Source of the DNA: Candidatus Nitrospinota bacterium M3_3B_026
Lineage (GTDB): Bacteria; Nitrospinota_A; UBA7883; JBPRGF01
DNA length: 64,000 bases
Direction of reading: 5' to 3'
Assembly (NCBI GenBank): GCA_051418015.1
Contig: JBPRGF010000024.1
Location: forward strand, 64,001-128,000
The notes under the pieces were generated by a model. That model made no database searches and was not told the DNA's origin. It saw nothing but the letters and a program-made list of their open reading frames with translations. Positions 1 through 9,324 of the stretch are shown in pieces. The position numbers and the translations under genes were made by a program. The stretch's first letter is position 1, and every line of letters starts with the position of its first letter.

Positions 1-987
1 GCCGAGGCTCCTTTTCCAGGGAGAGGCGCCGAGCAGGTTTATGGTCTCTCCTCCGTCGATGGCGATCCCCACGGCGATGGCCGCCTCAGGGCCGGGGACG
101 GACGATCCGCCGCCGGTCGAGATAAAATCCTCGAACGGGTCGTAGACGGTGAACGGCGTCCCGGTGAAATCGGTCAAGTAACGGTCGAGGTTTTCGGTCA
201 TGGCGCCGCTTCCGACAAGATAGGCCCCCCGGACATCCTCCGCGCCGGAGCGGCGGAAATAGTCCATGGTCCGCTCGATTTCTACGGCGAGCCTTTTCAG
301 GGCGGCGCCGGACGGATCACCCGCGTCCCGGCCCGGGGAGCCCGCCGGCAGGCCGAACGGCGCCTCCCTGGTGAAGAGCGGGACGCCGTTCCGCAGGATG
401 TAAAGACCCGTGAAATCCTTTTCGAGAACCGCGAAAAACAGGGGGTCGGACTTGTCCAGCCGCCTGCTGTGAAGGACGAGGGCGCGGATCGCTGCCACGG
501 GGCTTGTCAGTGCGTGGGGCCTCGGGCGCGAAGCGTTGGCGGCTTTCCGGCGCGTTTGCGCCTTCTCCGCGCTCATGGCCGCCATGAACACCCTCATCCC
601 TCCCTGCGGAGTCCGCCCGGTGATCCACACGTCCATTACGGCGTCGCGCAAGGGGAAAGGGGCGCTGTCTGCCTGGGTGTGCCGCAGGGTCTCCACCGCC
701 TCGCGCCTCGGCATCTGGGGAAGCTCGACAAGCCTGGTGAAAATCTCCGGGCCGCCCGCTATCTCTATAACCTTTGTCCCGCCAAGGCCCAGGAGCGCCG
801 CGCCGTTCGCCCCTCTCCGGCCGTTCGAATGGGGCTCGTCCAGGGTCAGCGAAAAAAGCCTGAAAACATCCCCCTCCGCCGCGATCCTGAGGCGGAAGGC
901 GGAGCCATTGTTTATCACTACGGCGTCGCGTGGGGACAGCAGGGTTTTGGGAAAAAGACCGGAGGCTGGTGTGGCGACTCGCGACAT
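1..987 (-). CDS. PilM-like type IV pilus/T2SS assembly protein, apparently continuing into a PilN-like segment; truncated by window edge
   Basis: Manually translated open frame absent from the ORF track (MSRVATP...FTRLVELPQMPRRE...LAVEIERTMDYFRR...AYLVGSGA...AVGIAIDGGETINLLG). These resemble PilM C-terminal motifs followed by INLL. Alternative start at 1038. Confidence 0.6.
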   Translation of the reverse strand, partial: MSRVATPASGLFPKTLLSPRDAVVINNGSAFRLRIAAEGDVFRLFSLTLDEPHSNGRRGANGAALLGLGGTKVIEIAGGPEIFTRLVELPQMPRREAVETLRHTQADSAPFPLRDAVMDVWITGRTPQGGMRVFMAAMSAEKAQTRRKAANASRPRPHALTSPVAAIRALVLHSRRLDKSDPLFFAVLEKDFTGLYILRNGVPLFTREAPFGLPAGSPGRDAGDPSGAALKRLAVEIERTMDYFRRSGAEDVRGAYLVGSGAMTENLDRYLTDFTGTPFTVYDPFEDFISTGGGSSVPGPEAAIAVGIAIDGGETINLLGASPWKRSLG

Positions 988-1277
988 AACCCTACCGAAG
1001 TATCGCGGGACAAGACGCCGCCCGCACCCCACCGGCATCGACCACCGGGAGCCGCCCGGACCACTCCGATCGGGTCAGCTCACAGGAAAGGCGCCAGCCC
1101 GCTTCACGTAATGGAATGGGGTTATTCTACATTAATCGGGAGAGTTTCGCGCTGAGACAGTGAAATTTTTTTTTCTGGCCCCAGCGGGCGGAGAGCCGCG
1201 TCCCGCGCCCTGTGATCCGGACGAGACGCGCCTTGCGCGGCTCGTTGTTCTATAATATATACATGGAGGCTGGTGAG

Positions 1278-1535
1278 ATGACGGCCGGGCATGTTCTCCT
1301 CGATTATCGGGGGAGAAGGGACCGTTCGATGACGGAGAGCCTGCGCGAGCTTCTACTGACGCGGCGTGCGGACGTTGTTTCCGTGGAGGCGCTCGTGGAC
1401 AGCGAGAAGCTCGCCCACAAGCTCATCCTCTTTGCGGAGATAACCCAGTGCCACGCTCGGGCCGAAAACCGCGGCGGGCACTGGTCCGTGACGATCACTC
1501 CTCCGTCCTGCCCGTTCCGGCGGAAGACGCGGTGA
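1278..1535 (+). CDS. Small TusA/SirA-like protein lacking the CPxP motif
   Basis: GGAGG RBS at 1265-1269. 85 aa with LDYRG...EALVDS...WSVTI, a pattern resembling the TusA fold. Confidence 0.45.
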   Translation: MTAGHVLLDYRGRRDRSMTESLRELLLTRRADVVSVEALVDSEKLAHKLILFAEITQCHARAENRGGHWSVTITPPSCPFRRKTR

Positions 1536-1700
1536 TCTTGCCGGGGCCGGGGCGTCCACGCTCCACCCTCCGCGGTTCCGCCCGGCTTGAAACTTTTCGG
1601 GCGGCGGGGCATCAGAAATAACCGTTCCGTGGACCGGGATCGGAACGCGCGGTCACTGGCGCGTTCCGGGCTGTTGATATTTTTATGGGAGTTGTTATTG

Positions 1701-2075
1701 ATGAACATGTTTGAAGCATTCTCGAAGATCTTGAATCCCGCCCTGCCCGAGGGGGCGGATTACGTTTCCGTTGATGAGGCCCGAGAGGCCATGAAAGACG
1801 GCGGGTTCGACCTGGTGATAGACGTCCGCTCGCTCAGCGAGTGGGAGAAGGGGCGGATACCTGGCGCCGTCTTCGCGCCGGGGCCGGGCTTGCAGGGCCG
1901 CGCCGCCGAGCTGAAGGAAAAGTGGAACGGAGGGGATATCCTCGTCTACTGCCGCACTCACCAGCGCTCCAGCAGGGCCGCGTGGGTATTGTCCGAGAAC
2001 GGATTTGAGAACGTAAAGGTCATGCGCGGCGGCGCCGAGCAATGGGGCAGGGCGGGCCACCCGATGGAGCGCTGA
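1701..2075 (+). CDS. Single-domain rhodanese (sulfurtransferase)
   Basis: IDVRS..EW..GRIPGA, active loop YCRTHQRS, and MRGG...W motifs. Confidence 0.9.
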   Translation: MNMFEAFSKILNPALPEGADYVSVDEAREAMKDGGFDLVIDVRSLSEWEKGRIPGAVFAPGPGLQGRAAELKEKWNGGDILVYCRTHQRSSRAAWVLSENGFENVKVMRGGAEQWGRAGHPMER

Positions 2076-2459
2076 GAAGCGAGCCGGAGACCGCGCCTAC
2101 ATGCCGGGCCGGCAGCCCCTGGAGCCGGGCTGAAAGTCAAACGCCCCGGGACGGGCGCGGTCCTCGGGGCGTGATCTTTCGCCCCGGGATGACACCGGCC
2201 GCAGAATACCCCCAGAGAGCTGACAGCGCGCAGGTGTTTTTTTAGTTCGCCGCCGTTGCATTCAGGATTCCGATGGGCAGCGCCACGCACCCCCTCCTTC
2301 CCGAGTCCTGCGCCTCATGCCGGGGATGCGGGTTCGAAGACGCCGCTTTCGCAGGAGGGTGTAGATCGCTCCGGCGGAGCGGGGGCCTCGCCTTTCGGAA
2401 AAAAAATCAAACATACCAGTTGCAACGATACCTGTCCGCGCGTTTTTCGTGGGTAGCGA

Positions 2460-2468
2460 TGTTATAAT
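2460..2468 (+). promoter_or_regulatory. Extended -10 sigma70 promoter element (TGnTATAAT) upstream of the PP2C gene
   Basis: TGTTATAAT at 2460-2468, 52 nt before the ATG at 2521. Confidence 0.55.
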
Positions 2469-2520
2469 TTGAAAGTTTGAAAGTTTGTTTAGAGCCGTTC
2501 GCTGTTCACATTGGTGAGGA

Positions 2521-3324
2521 ATGGGAGAAAGCTTTCGTCTTGGCCGCTCCGGCGGTTATGCTCTTCAGTCCTACGGGAGGGCCGATGTGGGCAGGGCGAG
2601 GGCGAGCAACCAGGACGCCGTATACATCGACAACGATGGCGGCGTTTTCGTTCTGGCCGACGGGATGGGGGGGCACCGCGGCGGCGAGCGGGCGAGCAGA
2701 CTGGCCGTGGAGGTGGCCGGGCGGCTTCTGAGCAGGCGGCGTGACAGGGGAGTGGGGCTCGGGCCCGAGTCCTCGGCGTCGCTGAAAAGCAGCAGGGGCG
2801 CGGAGCTTCTCACCAGGACGGCGATCCTGAAGGCCCACGAGGTGATATTGAAAGCCAGCCGCTCCTACCCGGAGCTTTCCGGGCTGGGATCTACGATCGA
2901 GACGTTGCTGGTAGACAGGGGGATCGCGACGATTGGACACATCGGCGACAGCAGGGTCTATCTCATGAGAGACGGGGGGCTGAGAACTCTGACCGAGGAT
3001 CACTCCATGATAAACGAGATGATGAAATCCGGCGGCATGACCGAGGAGGAGGCCGCCCGCCACCCGTTCAGGAACAAGATCACCCGCGCCCTGGGGCACA
3101 TGCCGGACACGAGAGTGGACGTGACCGAAATAGACGTCCGCAAAGGCGACCTGTTTCTCATGTGCTCCGACGGGCTGACGAACGTGTTGTCCGACGATCA
3201 GATATCGGCCCGGCTTGAGCGTGACGGCGATGACCTGGAGGCGGCCTGCGAAAGGCTTATAGACATGGCCAATGAAGGCGGCGGGCCGGACAATATCTCC
3301 GTGATCCTGGCCAGAGTCATATAA
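2521..3324 (+). CDS. PP2C-family Ser/Thr protein phosphatase (Stp1/PrpC type)
   Basis: NQD, ADGMGGH, GHIGDSRVY, TEDHS, CSDGL and GGPDNIS motifs. Confidence 0.95.
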   Translation: MGESFRLGRSGGYALQSYGRADVGRARASNQDAVYIDNDGGVFVLADGMGGHRGGERASRLAVEVAGRLLSRRRDRGVGLGPESSASLKSSRGAELLTRTAILKAHEVILKASRSYPELSGLGSTIETLLVDRGIATIGHIGDSRVYLMRDGGLRTLTEDHSMINEMMKSGGMTEEEAARHPFRNKITRALGHMPDTRVDVTEIDVRKGDLFLMCSDGLTNVLSDDQISARLERDGDDLEAACERLIDMANEGGGPDNISVILARVI

Positions 3325-3341
3325 GGGGTTCGACTCAGAAC

Positions 3342-4196
3342 GTGGCCGGAATACCTCCCAGGCTCAGCCGCGAGACCTTCCTCGCCCTCCGCGACCTTAT
3401 CAGCCAGTGGACGGGCGTCATGTATGAGGAGCGGAAGACCTACCTGCTCGAAAACAGGCTTCAAAGGAGGCTCCGATTCCTCGGAATGGGAAGCTTCGAG
3501 GAGTATCTCGACGCGTTGACGGCGGACTTTCCGAGCGGGAAGGAGAGGGAGGCGTTCATCGACCTTGTGACCACCCACGAGACCTATTTTTTCAGGAACC
3601 TGCCACAGCTCGAGGTCTTCGTATCCAAGGCCCTGCCGGACCTCGTGGAGAGGTTGAAGTCCAGAAGCGAGAAGGTGGCGCGGATATGGAGCGCGGCGTG
3701 CTCCTCCGGCGAGGAGCCCTACACCCTGGCCATGATGATGGACAGGAAAGGCTCCCCAGGCTCCTTCATGGAGGCGAGGATACTGGGGACGGATATCTCG
3801 CCGGAGGTGCTGAGAAGGGCGCGGGAGGGACTTTATGACAGGTACTCGTTGCGCTCCACGCCGGAGGGATACCTGAAAGAATATTTCTCCGGCGAGGGCG
3901 ACGGGCTGTTCAGGCTGAATGAAAGGATAAGACGCCGCGTGAAGTTCGAGAGAGGCAACCTGCTGGACGGGAGTTTCGCCATTCCGTCAAGGAGCATGGA
4001 CGTTGTCTTCTGCAGGAACGCTCTGATCTATTTCGATGACAAGACGAAGAAACGCGCGGTGGAAAACATTGCGCGGGTGTTGAAGCCGGGGGGCTGGCTT
4101 TTCATCGGCCACTCCGAGAGCCTGCACAAGATATCCAGCGATTTCGACCTGCTCATAGAGGACGGCGTGCCGCTCTACAGGAGGAAAAAGAGATAG
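3342..4196 (+). CDS. cheR: CheR-type protein-glutamate O-methyltransferase
   Basis: TTHETYFFR, IWSAACSSGEEPYTLAM, GTDIS, FCRNALIYF and GHSESL motifs. Confidence 0.93.
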   Translation: MAGIPPRLSRETFLALRDLISQWTGVMYEERKTYLLENRLQRRLRFLGMGSFEEYLDALTADFPSGKEREAFIDLVTTHETYFFRNLPQLEVFVSKALPDLVERLKSRSEKVARIWSAACSSGEEPYTLAMMMDRKGSPGSFMEARILGTDISPEVLRRAREGLYDRYSLRSTPEGYLKEYFSGEGDGLFRLNERIRRRVKFERGNLLDGSFAIPSRSMDVVFCRNALIYFDDKTKKRAVENIARVLKPGGWLFIGHSESLHKISSDFDLLIEDGVPLYRRKKR

Positions 4197-4221
4197 CCGC
4201 CCGGGGCCGGCCCCGATATCC

Positions 4222-5802
4222 TCAGTTCGCCCTGGCTATGGTGTAGGTCCTGGAATATCTCACTACCCCGTCGGCGATAGAGTCGGCGAGCTTGTTTATG
4301 TAGCCGCGGTTTCTCAGCCTGCGCTCCTCGTGGCGGTTTGTGATGAAGCCCGCCTCCACGAGCGCCGAGGGCATGGCGGCGCGCCACAGGACGTAGAACA
4401 TCGCCTGCTTGACGCCCTTGTCCCGCGTGTCCCGGTATCGCCTTCGCGCCCCGTCCACGAGCGACCTTTGAACGTTCTTGGCGAGGGTCACGGAGTCGTT
4501 GACCTTCTGCGTGTTCGACATGTCGCTCATTATGTACACCAGGTCGTTTTCCACCTCATTGGAGCTGCCCCTGGCCAGCATGTTCTCCCGCGCCGCGGTC
4601 TCCAGCTCGTCTTTGCTCCTCGCCGGGGAGAGGAAATAGGTCTCTATCCCCCGCGCCCTCCTGTTCCGGCTTGCGTTGACGTGGATGGATATGAAAAGGT
4701 CCGCGTTCAGCGAGTTGGCTATGACAGTCCGCTCGTCAAGCTCGAGGAACCTGTCCGTCCGCCTGGTGAGGACTACCCGGCAGCCGAGCCTTCTCTCCAG
4801 CGTTCTTTCGAGTCTCCTGGATATCGCCAGGGTGATATCTTTTTCCTTCAGACCCGTCGGCCCTATGGCGCCGGGGTCCTTGCCGCCGTGGCCGGGGTCT
4901 ATCACGATCGTTTTCAGCTTGCCGGTGTTGTAGCTCCTGGCGAACGACGCGGCGGCGGGGCCGGAGGACGAGGCGCTCTCCCTCTTTTTCTCCGCCCGGC
5001 TTGCGGGCGCGCGGCGATCCCTCCCGAAGTCTATGACTATCCTGAAAGGATCGTGGAGAGCTGAAAGGGTGTGGCGCGAGTTCTCCTCGGCCAGGTCGAA
5101 GACGACCCTTGTCGTCCCGCCGCCGTTTCTGGCCACGCGGAGGGCGCTTACCATGCCGGAGTCGAAACGATTGACGCTGGGGAGCCTGGTCTGGACGCCG
5201 GGAAGATCCACGTAGACCCGCTCGGGGTTTTTTATCCTGTCCGTCCTGTACGGCGCCTTTTCGGAAAAATAGAGGATCATCCTGGTGTAACCGTCGCGGG
5301 AGTAGCGCTTCACGGCGGTCAGCCGGGTCTTGCCCGTCTCAGCCTTTAAAGCCGGCGCCGGGACCTTTGCTTTCCGGCGTCCGGAATCGGCTGTCCTGGG
5401 GCGCGGCTTGTATGACTTTACAAGGCCGATGTGGCGGCGTGCGTCGTCGGCCAGGGAGCTTTTAGGGTAGTTTTCCGGCACTCTCGCGAAAGCGCGTATG
5501 GCCCTGTCCCGATCCTCGGAGCGGCCGCGCTTTCTGTAAAGCCGCTCGTAGAGGAGGCCTATCGTGTACTGCGCGTCGTCGGCCCGGGCGGAGGAGGGGT
5601 GGTTTGTGATTACCGCCTTGAACTTGTTTATGACGATCCGCCAGTTTCGGCGATCCTCCATCTTCGATGGAGAGCTAAGCAGGTCGTAAAAACCGCGCCG
5701 GGCGTCCTGGTACATCGCCTCGGTGCTCTGGGGAGCGCAAAGGGCGGGGGAGGCCCAGAACAGCAGGGTGATCGACAGGGCGAAGGCGAACCTTTTTCTC
5801 AT
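4222..5802 (-). CDS. N-acetylmuramoyl-L-alanine amidase (TPR + AMIN + Amidase_3)
   Basis: Signal peptide, TPR-like N-terminus, AMIN-like segment, DPGHGGKDPGA, EK, SIHVN and LVEAGFITN motifs. The ORF track starts at 5829. Confidence 0.92.
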   Translation of the reverse strand: MRKRFAFALSITLLFWASPALCAPQSTEAMYQDARRGFYDLLSSPSKMEDRRNWRIVINKFKAVITNHPSSARADDAQYTIGLLYERLYRKRGRSEDRDRAIRAFARVPENYPKSSLADDARRHIGLVKSYKPRPRTADSGRRKAKVPAPALKAETGKTRLTAVKRYSRDGYTRMILYFSEKAPYRTDRIKNPERVYVDLPGVQTRLPSVNRFDSGMVSALRVARNGGGTTRVVFDLAEENSRHTLSALHDPFRIVIDFGRDRRAPASRAEKKRESASSSGPAAASFARSYNTGKLKTIVIDPGHGGKDPGAIGPTGLKEKDITLAISRRLERTLERRLGCRVVLTRRTDRFLELDERTVIANSLNADLFISIHVNASRNRRARGIETYFLSPARSKDELETAARENMLARGSSNEVENDLVYIMSDMSNTQKVNDSVTLAKNVQRSLVDGARRRYRDTRDKGVKQAMFYVLWRAAMPSALVEAGFITNRHEERRLRNRGYINKLADSIADGVVRYSRTYTIARAN

Positions 5803-6051
5803 GACTGGCGCAGGCCCCTGAAATGTCATTTAATTAGCATATATTTATATCAAATATATATGCAAAATAGCAATAATTAATCCGTCATCGGCCATAGCGC
5901 ATTGGGGGTCTGGCCCGCGCCTTGCGCTCCGGCGCTTTCATCCTCAGGCGCAAAACGTAATGTATACCTTCAACATTATGCCGCAAATGGCATGATTTTA
6001 CAAGAGATATTATTATGAATAGCGAGAGCGCAGGGGGGTGGGCAGGGGAGG

Positions 6052-7404
6052 TCACACCCCCGGCCCGGCGCGATATCGTTCCAGCTTACGGTAGAGTTTG
6101 GGCCTTGAGATTCCCAGTATCCTGGCCGCCTTGGATATGTTGCCGTTCACGGCGTCCAGGACATAGAGGATGTGTTCCCGTTCGATCTCCGGCAGGCTTT
6201 GCAGCCTCCTGAGCCTGCTGTTTTTCGACTTTTTCTCGAAGGACAGCGGCAGGTCCTTCATCTGGATGACGTTCTTCTGGGCCAGGTTCACCGCCCGCTC
6301 CAGGACGTTTGAAAGCTCCCGGACGTTCCCTGGCCAGTTGTATTTCATCAGGGCGTCGAGGGCTTTCTTGGCCAGCCTTTTGCCGTTCGTCCCGGACCTT
6401 GCGCTTGAGATGATGTGCTCGGCCAGCTCCCTGATGTCATCCTTGCGCTCCCGCAGGGGAGGGACGTTTATGGTGAAGGTCGATATTTTATAATAAAAAT
6501 CCTCACGGAACCTGCCGTTCTTGGTCAGGGCGAGCAGGTTTTCGGTCGTGGCGAAGATAAGGCGCGTGTCGGCGGCGATATCGACACGCCCCCCCACGCG
6601 GCGGAACTCCCCGGTGTCCAGAAAGTGCAGTATCTTCACCTGCATGGCGGGCGACACCTGGTCAACCTCGTCGAGGAAGACCGTCCCCCCTTCCGCTATC
6701 TCCAGCAGGCCGCGTTTTCTCTGCTTGGCCCCGACGAAGGCGTCCGCCTCGTGCCCGAAAAGCTCCGTCTCCAGCACGCCCTCGGAGAGGACGCCGCAGT
6801 TTAAGGTCACGAAAGGGTTGCCGTTGCGCGGCGAGGCCTGGTGGATGGCCATGGCGGTGACCTCCTTGCCCACGCCGACTTCGCCCACCACCAGCACCGG
6901 GTTCGACGCCCCGGCCACCTGCCTTATCTGTTCGCGCAGGTCGCGCATTATCTTGGAGGAGCCGATGAGCCGCTGGTTGAACATGCGGCGGCGCATCTCG
7001 TCGCGGAACCTGGCGTTCTGCTCGTTGAGCCTCTTTTTCTCGTAGGCTTTGCGGACGATCACCTCCAGCTCGAAAAGCTTGCATGGCTTGGCCATGTAGT
7101 CATAGGCGCCGAGGCGCATCGCCTCTATGGCCGAGTCTATGGTGGCCTGGCCGGTGAGCATTATCGCCTCGAACTCCGGGTGGAAGCTTTTTATCTCCTT
7201 GAGCAGGTCGATCCCCGATATCCCGGGCATCTTGATGTCCAGCACCCCAACGTCAAACCGCCGCGTCTTGACAAGCTCCAGGGCCTGCTCACCGGACGAG
7301 CAGCCGGTCACGTCGAACTCGGTCTGGTCGAACCGGCGCACCAAAAGCTCGCGGAACGCGTCTTCGTCGTCTACAACCAAAAGCCTTATCTTCCTGTTTT
7401 CCAT
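6052..7404 (-). CDS. NtrC-family response regulator (REC-AAA+-Fis HTH) with degenerate GAFTGA loop
   Basis: VVDDE/LDIKMP receiver, Walker A GEVGVGKE, FLDEV, WPGNVREL and C-terminal HTH. DAFVGA stands in place of GAFTGA. Confidence 0.93.
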   Translation of the reverse strand: MENRKIRLLVVDDEDAFRELLVRRFDQTEFDVTGCSSGEQALELVKTRRFDVGVLDIKMPGISGIDLLKEIKSFHPEFEAIMLTGQATIDSAIEAMRLGAYDYMAKPCKLFELEVIVRKAYEKKRLNEQNARFRDEMRRRMFNQRLIGSSKIMRDLREQIRQVAGASNPVLVVGEVGVGKEVTAMAIHQASPRNGNPFVTLNCGVLSEGVLETELFGHEADAFVGAKQRKRGLLEIAEGGTVFLDEVDQVSPAMQVKILHFLDTGEFRRVGGRVDIAADTRLIFATTENLLALTKNGRFREDFYYKISTFTINVPPLRERKDDIRELAEHIISSARSGTNGKRLAKKALDALMKYNWPGNVRELSNVLERAVNLAQKNVIQMKDLPLSFEKKSKNSRLRRLQSLPEIEREHILYVLDAVNGNISKAARILGISRPKLYRKLERYRAGPGV

Positions 7405-7434
7405 TATCTATTTCCCCTATCCAGCAGCCCCAAA

Positions 7435-8310
7435 TCAATCAAAGGTGAACTTCTCGATCTCCTCTCTCTCACTCTCCATCTTCTGGATGATCGTCTCCAG
7501 TATCTCGTCCGTAAGCCCCAGGCGGCGCGCGGCTGTCGGGTTGAGCTCCGTCTCCTCGTCATCGCCGCTGTAGCCCAGCTTGATCTTCCTGCATACATAG
7601 TCCGCCACGCTCACGAGGGAGTCGATAACGCTCTCGGAGCCGTCCTCGCCGTCGTTGAGCGGGTCGTGATGGCGCCTGATGGCGTTTATCACGGGGTCCG
7701 GGAACTGCCACTTCCTGGCCAGCAGCGACCCGGCCTCGGCGTGGTCCATCTCCAGTATCCTTTTCTCCGCGTCCCCGATCCACATCCGCTCGTTTCTCGC
7801 AAGGCGCAGCACGCTCCTGTAGTCCTCGCTGAAGACGTTGTCGAAGACCACCTTGCCGATGTCGTGCAAAAGGCCGGCCAGGAAGACCGTCTCCTCGTCC
7901 GACCCCCTGACGCTGTCCAGCGTCGACGCGAGCCGTTTGGCGCACGTGGCGACGGCGAGGGAGTGAATCCACAGCCGCCTTTTGTCGAGGGAGTCGCCGT
8001 CCCTGGACGGGGAAGAGTGGAACACGGAAACGCCTAGCGCCATGGTTTTCACCGTCTGGAAACCGAGGATCACCGTGGCGTGGGATATCGACGATATCTG
8101 GCGAAGGTGGCCGTAGAACGCCGAGTTGACCAGCTTCAGGATCATGGAGCTCAAGGACTGGTCGCGCGATATAACCTCGCCAAGCTCCGCCGCGGTGGAC
8201 GAAGGGTTTTCGACAACCTCTATTATCCGCGCCAGCGTCGCCGGCAAGGTCGGCAGATTTTGTATTCTTTGAATTAAAAGACGTTTTTCTTCCAGGCTCA
8301 CACGGAGCAT
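7435..8310 (-). CDS. HDOD domain protein
   Basis: LPTLP, DQSLS..ILKLVNSAFYG, WIHSLAVA, GLLHDIGK and DHAEAG..LARKW motifs. Confidence 0.93.
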   Translation of the reverse strand: MLRVSLEEKRLLIQRIQNLPTLPATLARIIEVVENPSSTAAELGEVISRDQSLSSMILKLVNSAFYGHLRQISSISHATVILGFQTVKTMALGVSVFHSSPSRDGDSLDKRRLWIHSLAVATCAKRLASTLDSVRGSDEETVFLAGLLHDIGKVVFDNVFSEDYRSVLRLARNERMWIGDAEKRILEMDHAEAGSLLARKWQFPDPVINAIRRHHDPLNDGEDGSESVIDSLVSVADYVCRKIKLGYSGDDEETELNPTAARRLGLTDEILETIIQKMESEREEIEKFTFD

Positions 8311-8659
8311 CCCCGAACTTCAGTTATTCATTAAAGCATATAACGCTATGATACATTGTGTTTTAATTGGACACAACAAAAAAGAATCAAGACCTGGCGG
8401 GGGATCTCCGGCCAGCCTCTGTGCCGCCGCCGCGTTTTGCGCCAAAAACCGTTGGGGCCGAGGGCGAGATCCGTAAAACGTCATGACAAGCCTTTTCGAG
8501 CCCACTGTCGGACGGACCGAGGCGGAGGCCTTGTTTCCCTTGGGACCGCTTGGTGATCCACGAAGCGTTTCTGTCCGAAATTGCGCAGGAGGAATTAGAG
8601 GGACGCGGCGTCCGGATCGTAAATCTTCGATACTGTTTTGAAGGGCGCTCCCGGCGTTT

Positions 8660-9187
8660 TTAGCTGGGTGGAAGTTCTTGTGAGCGGCGCGATTTTAACA
8701 TCAGGTCGATAAACTCCCGCGCCGCCCCGTTCCCTCCGTCTTTCGAAGAGACCCAGTCCGCCGCGTCCAGCGCCGCGGGATGCGCATCGGCGGGAGCGGC
8801 GGCGAGCCCCGCTATCCTCATGGCCGGTATGTCGATTACGTCGTCGCCCATGAAGGCGGCGGCGCTCAGCTCGAAACCGGCCGTATCGGCAAGATCGCGC
8901 ATGGCCTTTTCTTTATCCTTCGCCCCTTGCAGGACGTATTTTACACCGAGGTTCTCCGCCCGCTTGGCGGTCACGGCGGAGGTCCTGCCGGAAATGAAGG
9001 CGAACTGTATCCCGGCGTCCCGCGCCATCACGATCCCATGTCCGTCCTTCACGTCGAAGTTTTTGAGCTCCTTGCCGTCTTCGGTGAATATAATTTTGCC
9101 GTCCGTCAGGACGCCGTCGACATCGAGGACGACGAGCCGTATCATCCCGGCCCTCTTCATGATCTCGTTTTCCTCAATCGGCGGCAT
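8660..9187 (-). CDS. kdsC: 3-deoxy-D-manno-octulosonate 8-phosphate phosphatase (HAD family)
   Basis: DVDGVLTDG, FDVKDGHG, ISGR, MGDDVID and GGNGAARE motifs. Confidence 0.9.
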   Translation of the reverse strand: MPPIEENEIMKRAGMIRLVVLDVDGVLTDGKIIFTEDGKELKNFDVKDGHGIVMARDAGIQFAFISGRTSAVTAKRAENLGVKYVLQGAKDKEKAMRDLADTAGFELSAAAFMGDDVIDIPAMRIAGLAAAPADAHPAALDAADWVSSKDGGNGAAREFIDLMLKSRRSQELPPS

Positions 9188-9324
9188 AGTCTCTCCTGGC
9201 TCATGAGACGCCCCGGCCGAGTGTCTTTATGACTTATGTCGTTGCGGCCCGGGAGTGGACAGTATAACTTCATTCCTCGCGGCCTTGAAGGCGTTTTGTC
9301 CGATGTGTTGGAAAGGTTGAATCC

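Noticed and set aside
1000..1140. Possible c-di-GMP riboswitch upstream of the pilM-like gene
   Set aside because: I could not find the conserved class I or class II core sequences on the minus strand.
469..1155. Plus-strand ORFs 469-1155 and 536-1111
   Set aside because: They are shadows of the minus-strand PilM-like gene and carry no recognisable motifs.
2325..2346. GGTTCGAA resembling a tRNA T-loop (also GGTTCGACTC near 3327)
   Set aside because: The flanks do not form a 5-bp T-stem and no cloverleaf can be built.
5988..6003. TGGCATGATTTTAC as a sigma54 -24/-12 promoter
   Set aside because: It lacks the -12 GC and points into the 3' end of an oppositely oriented gene.
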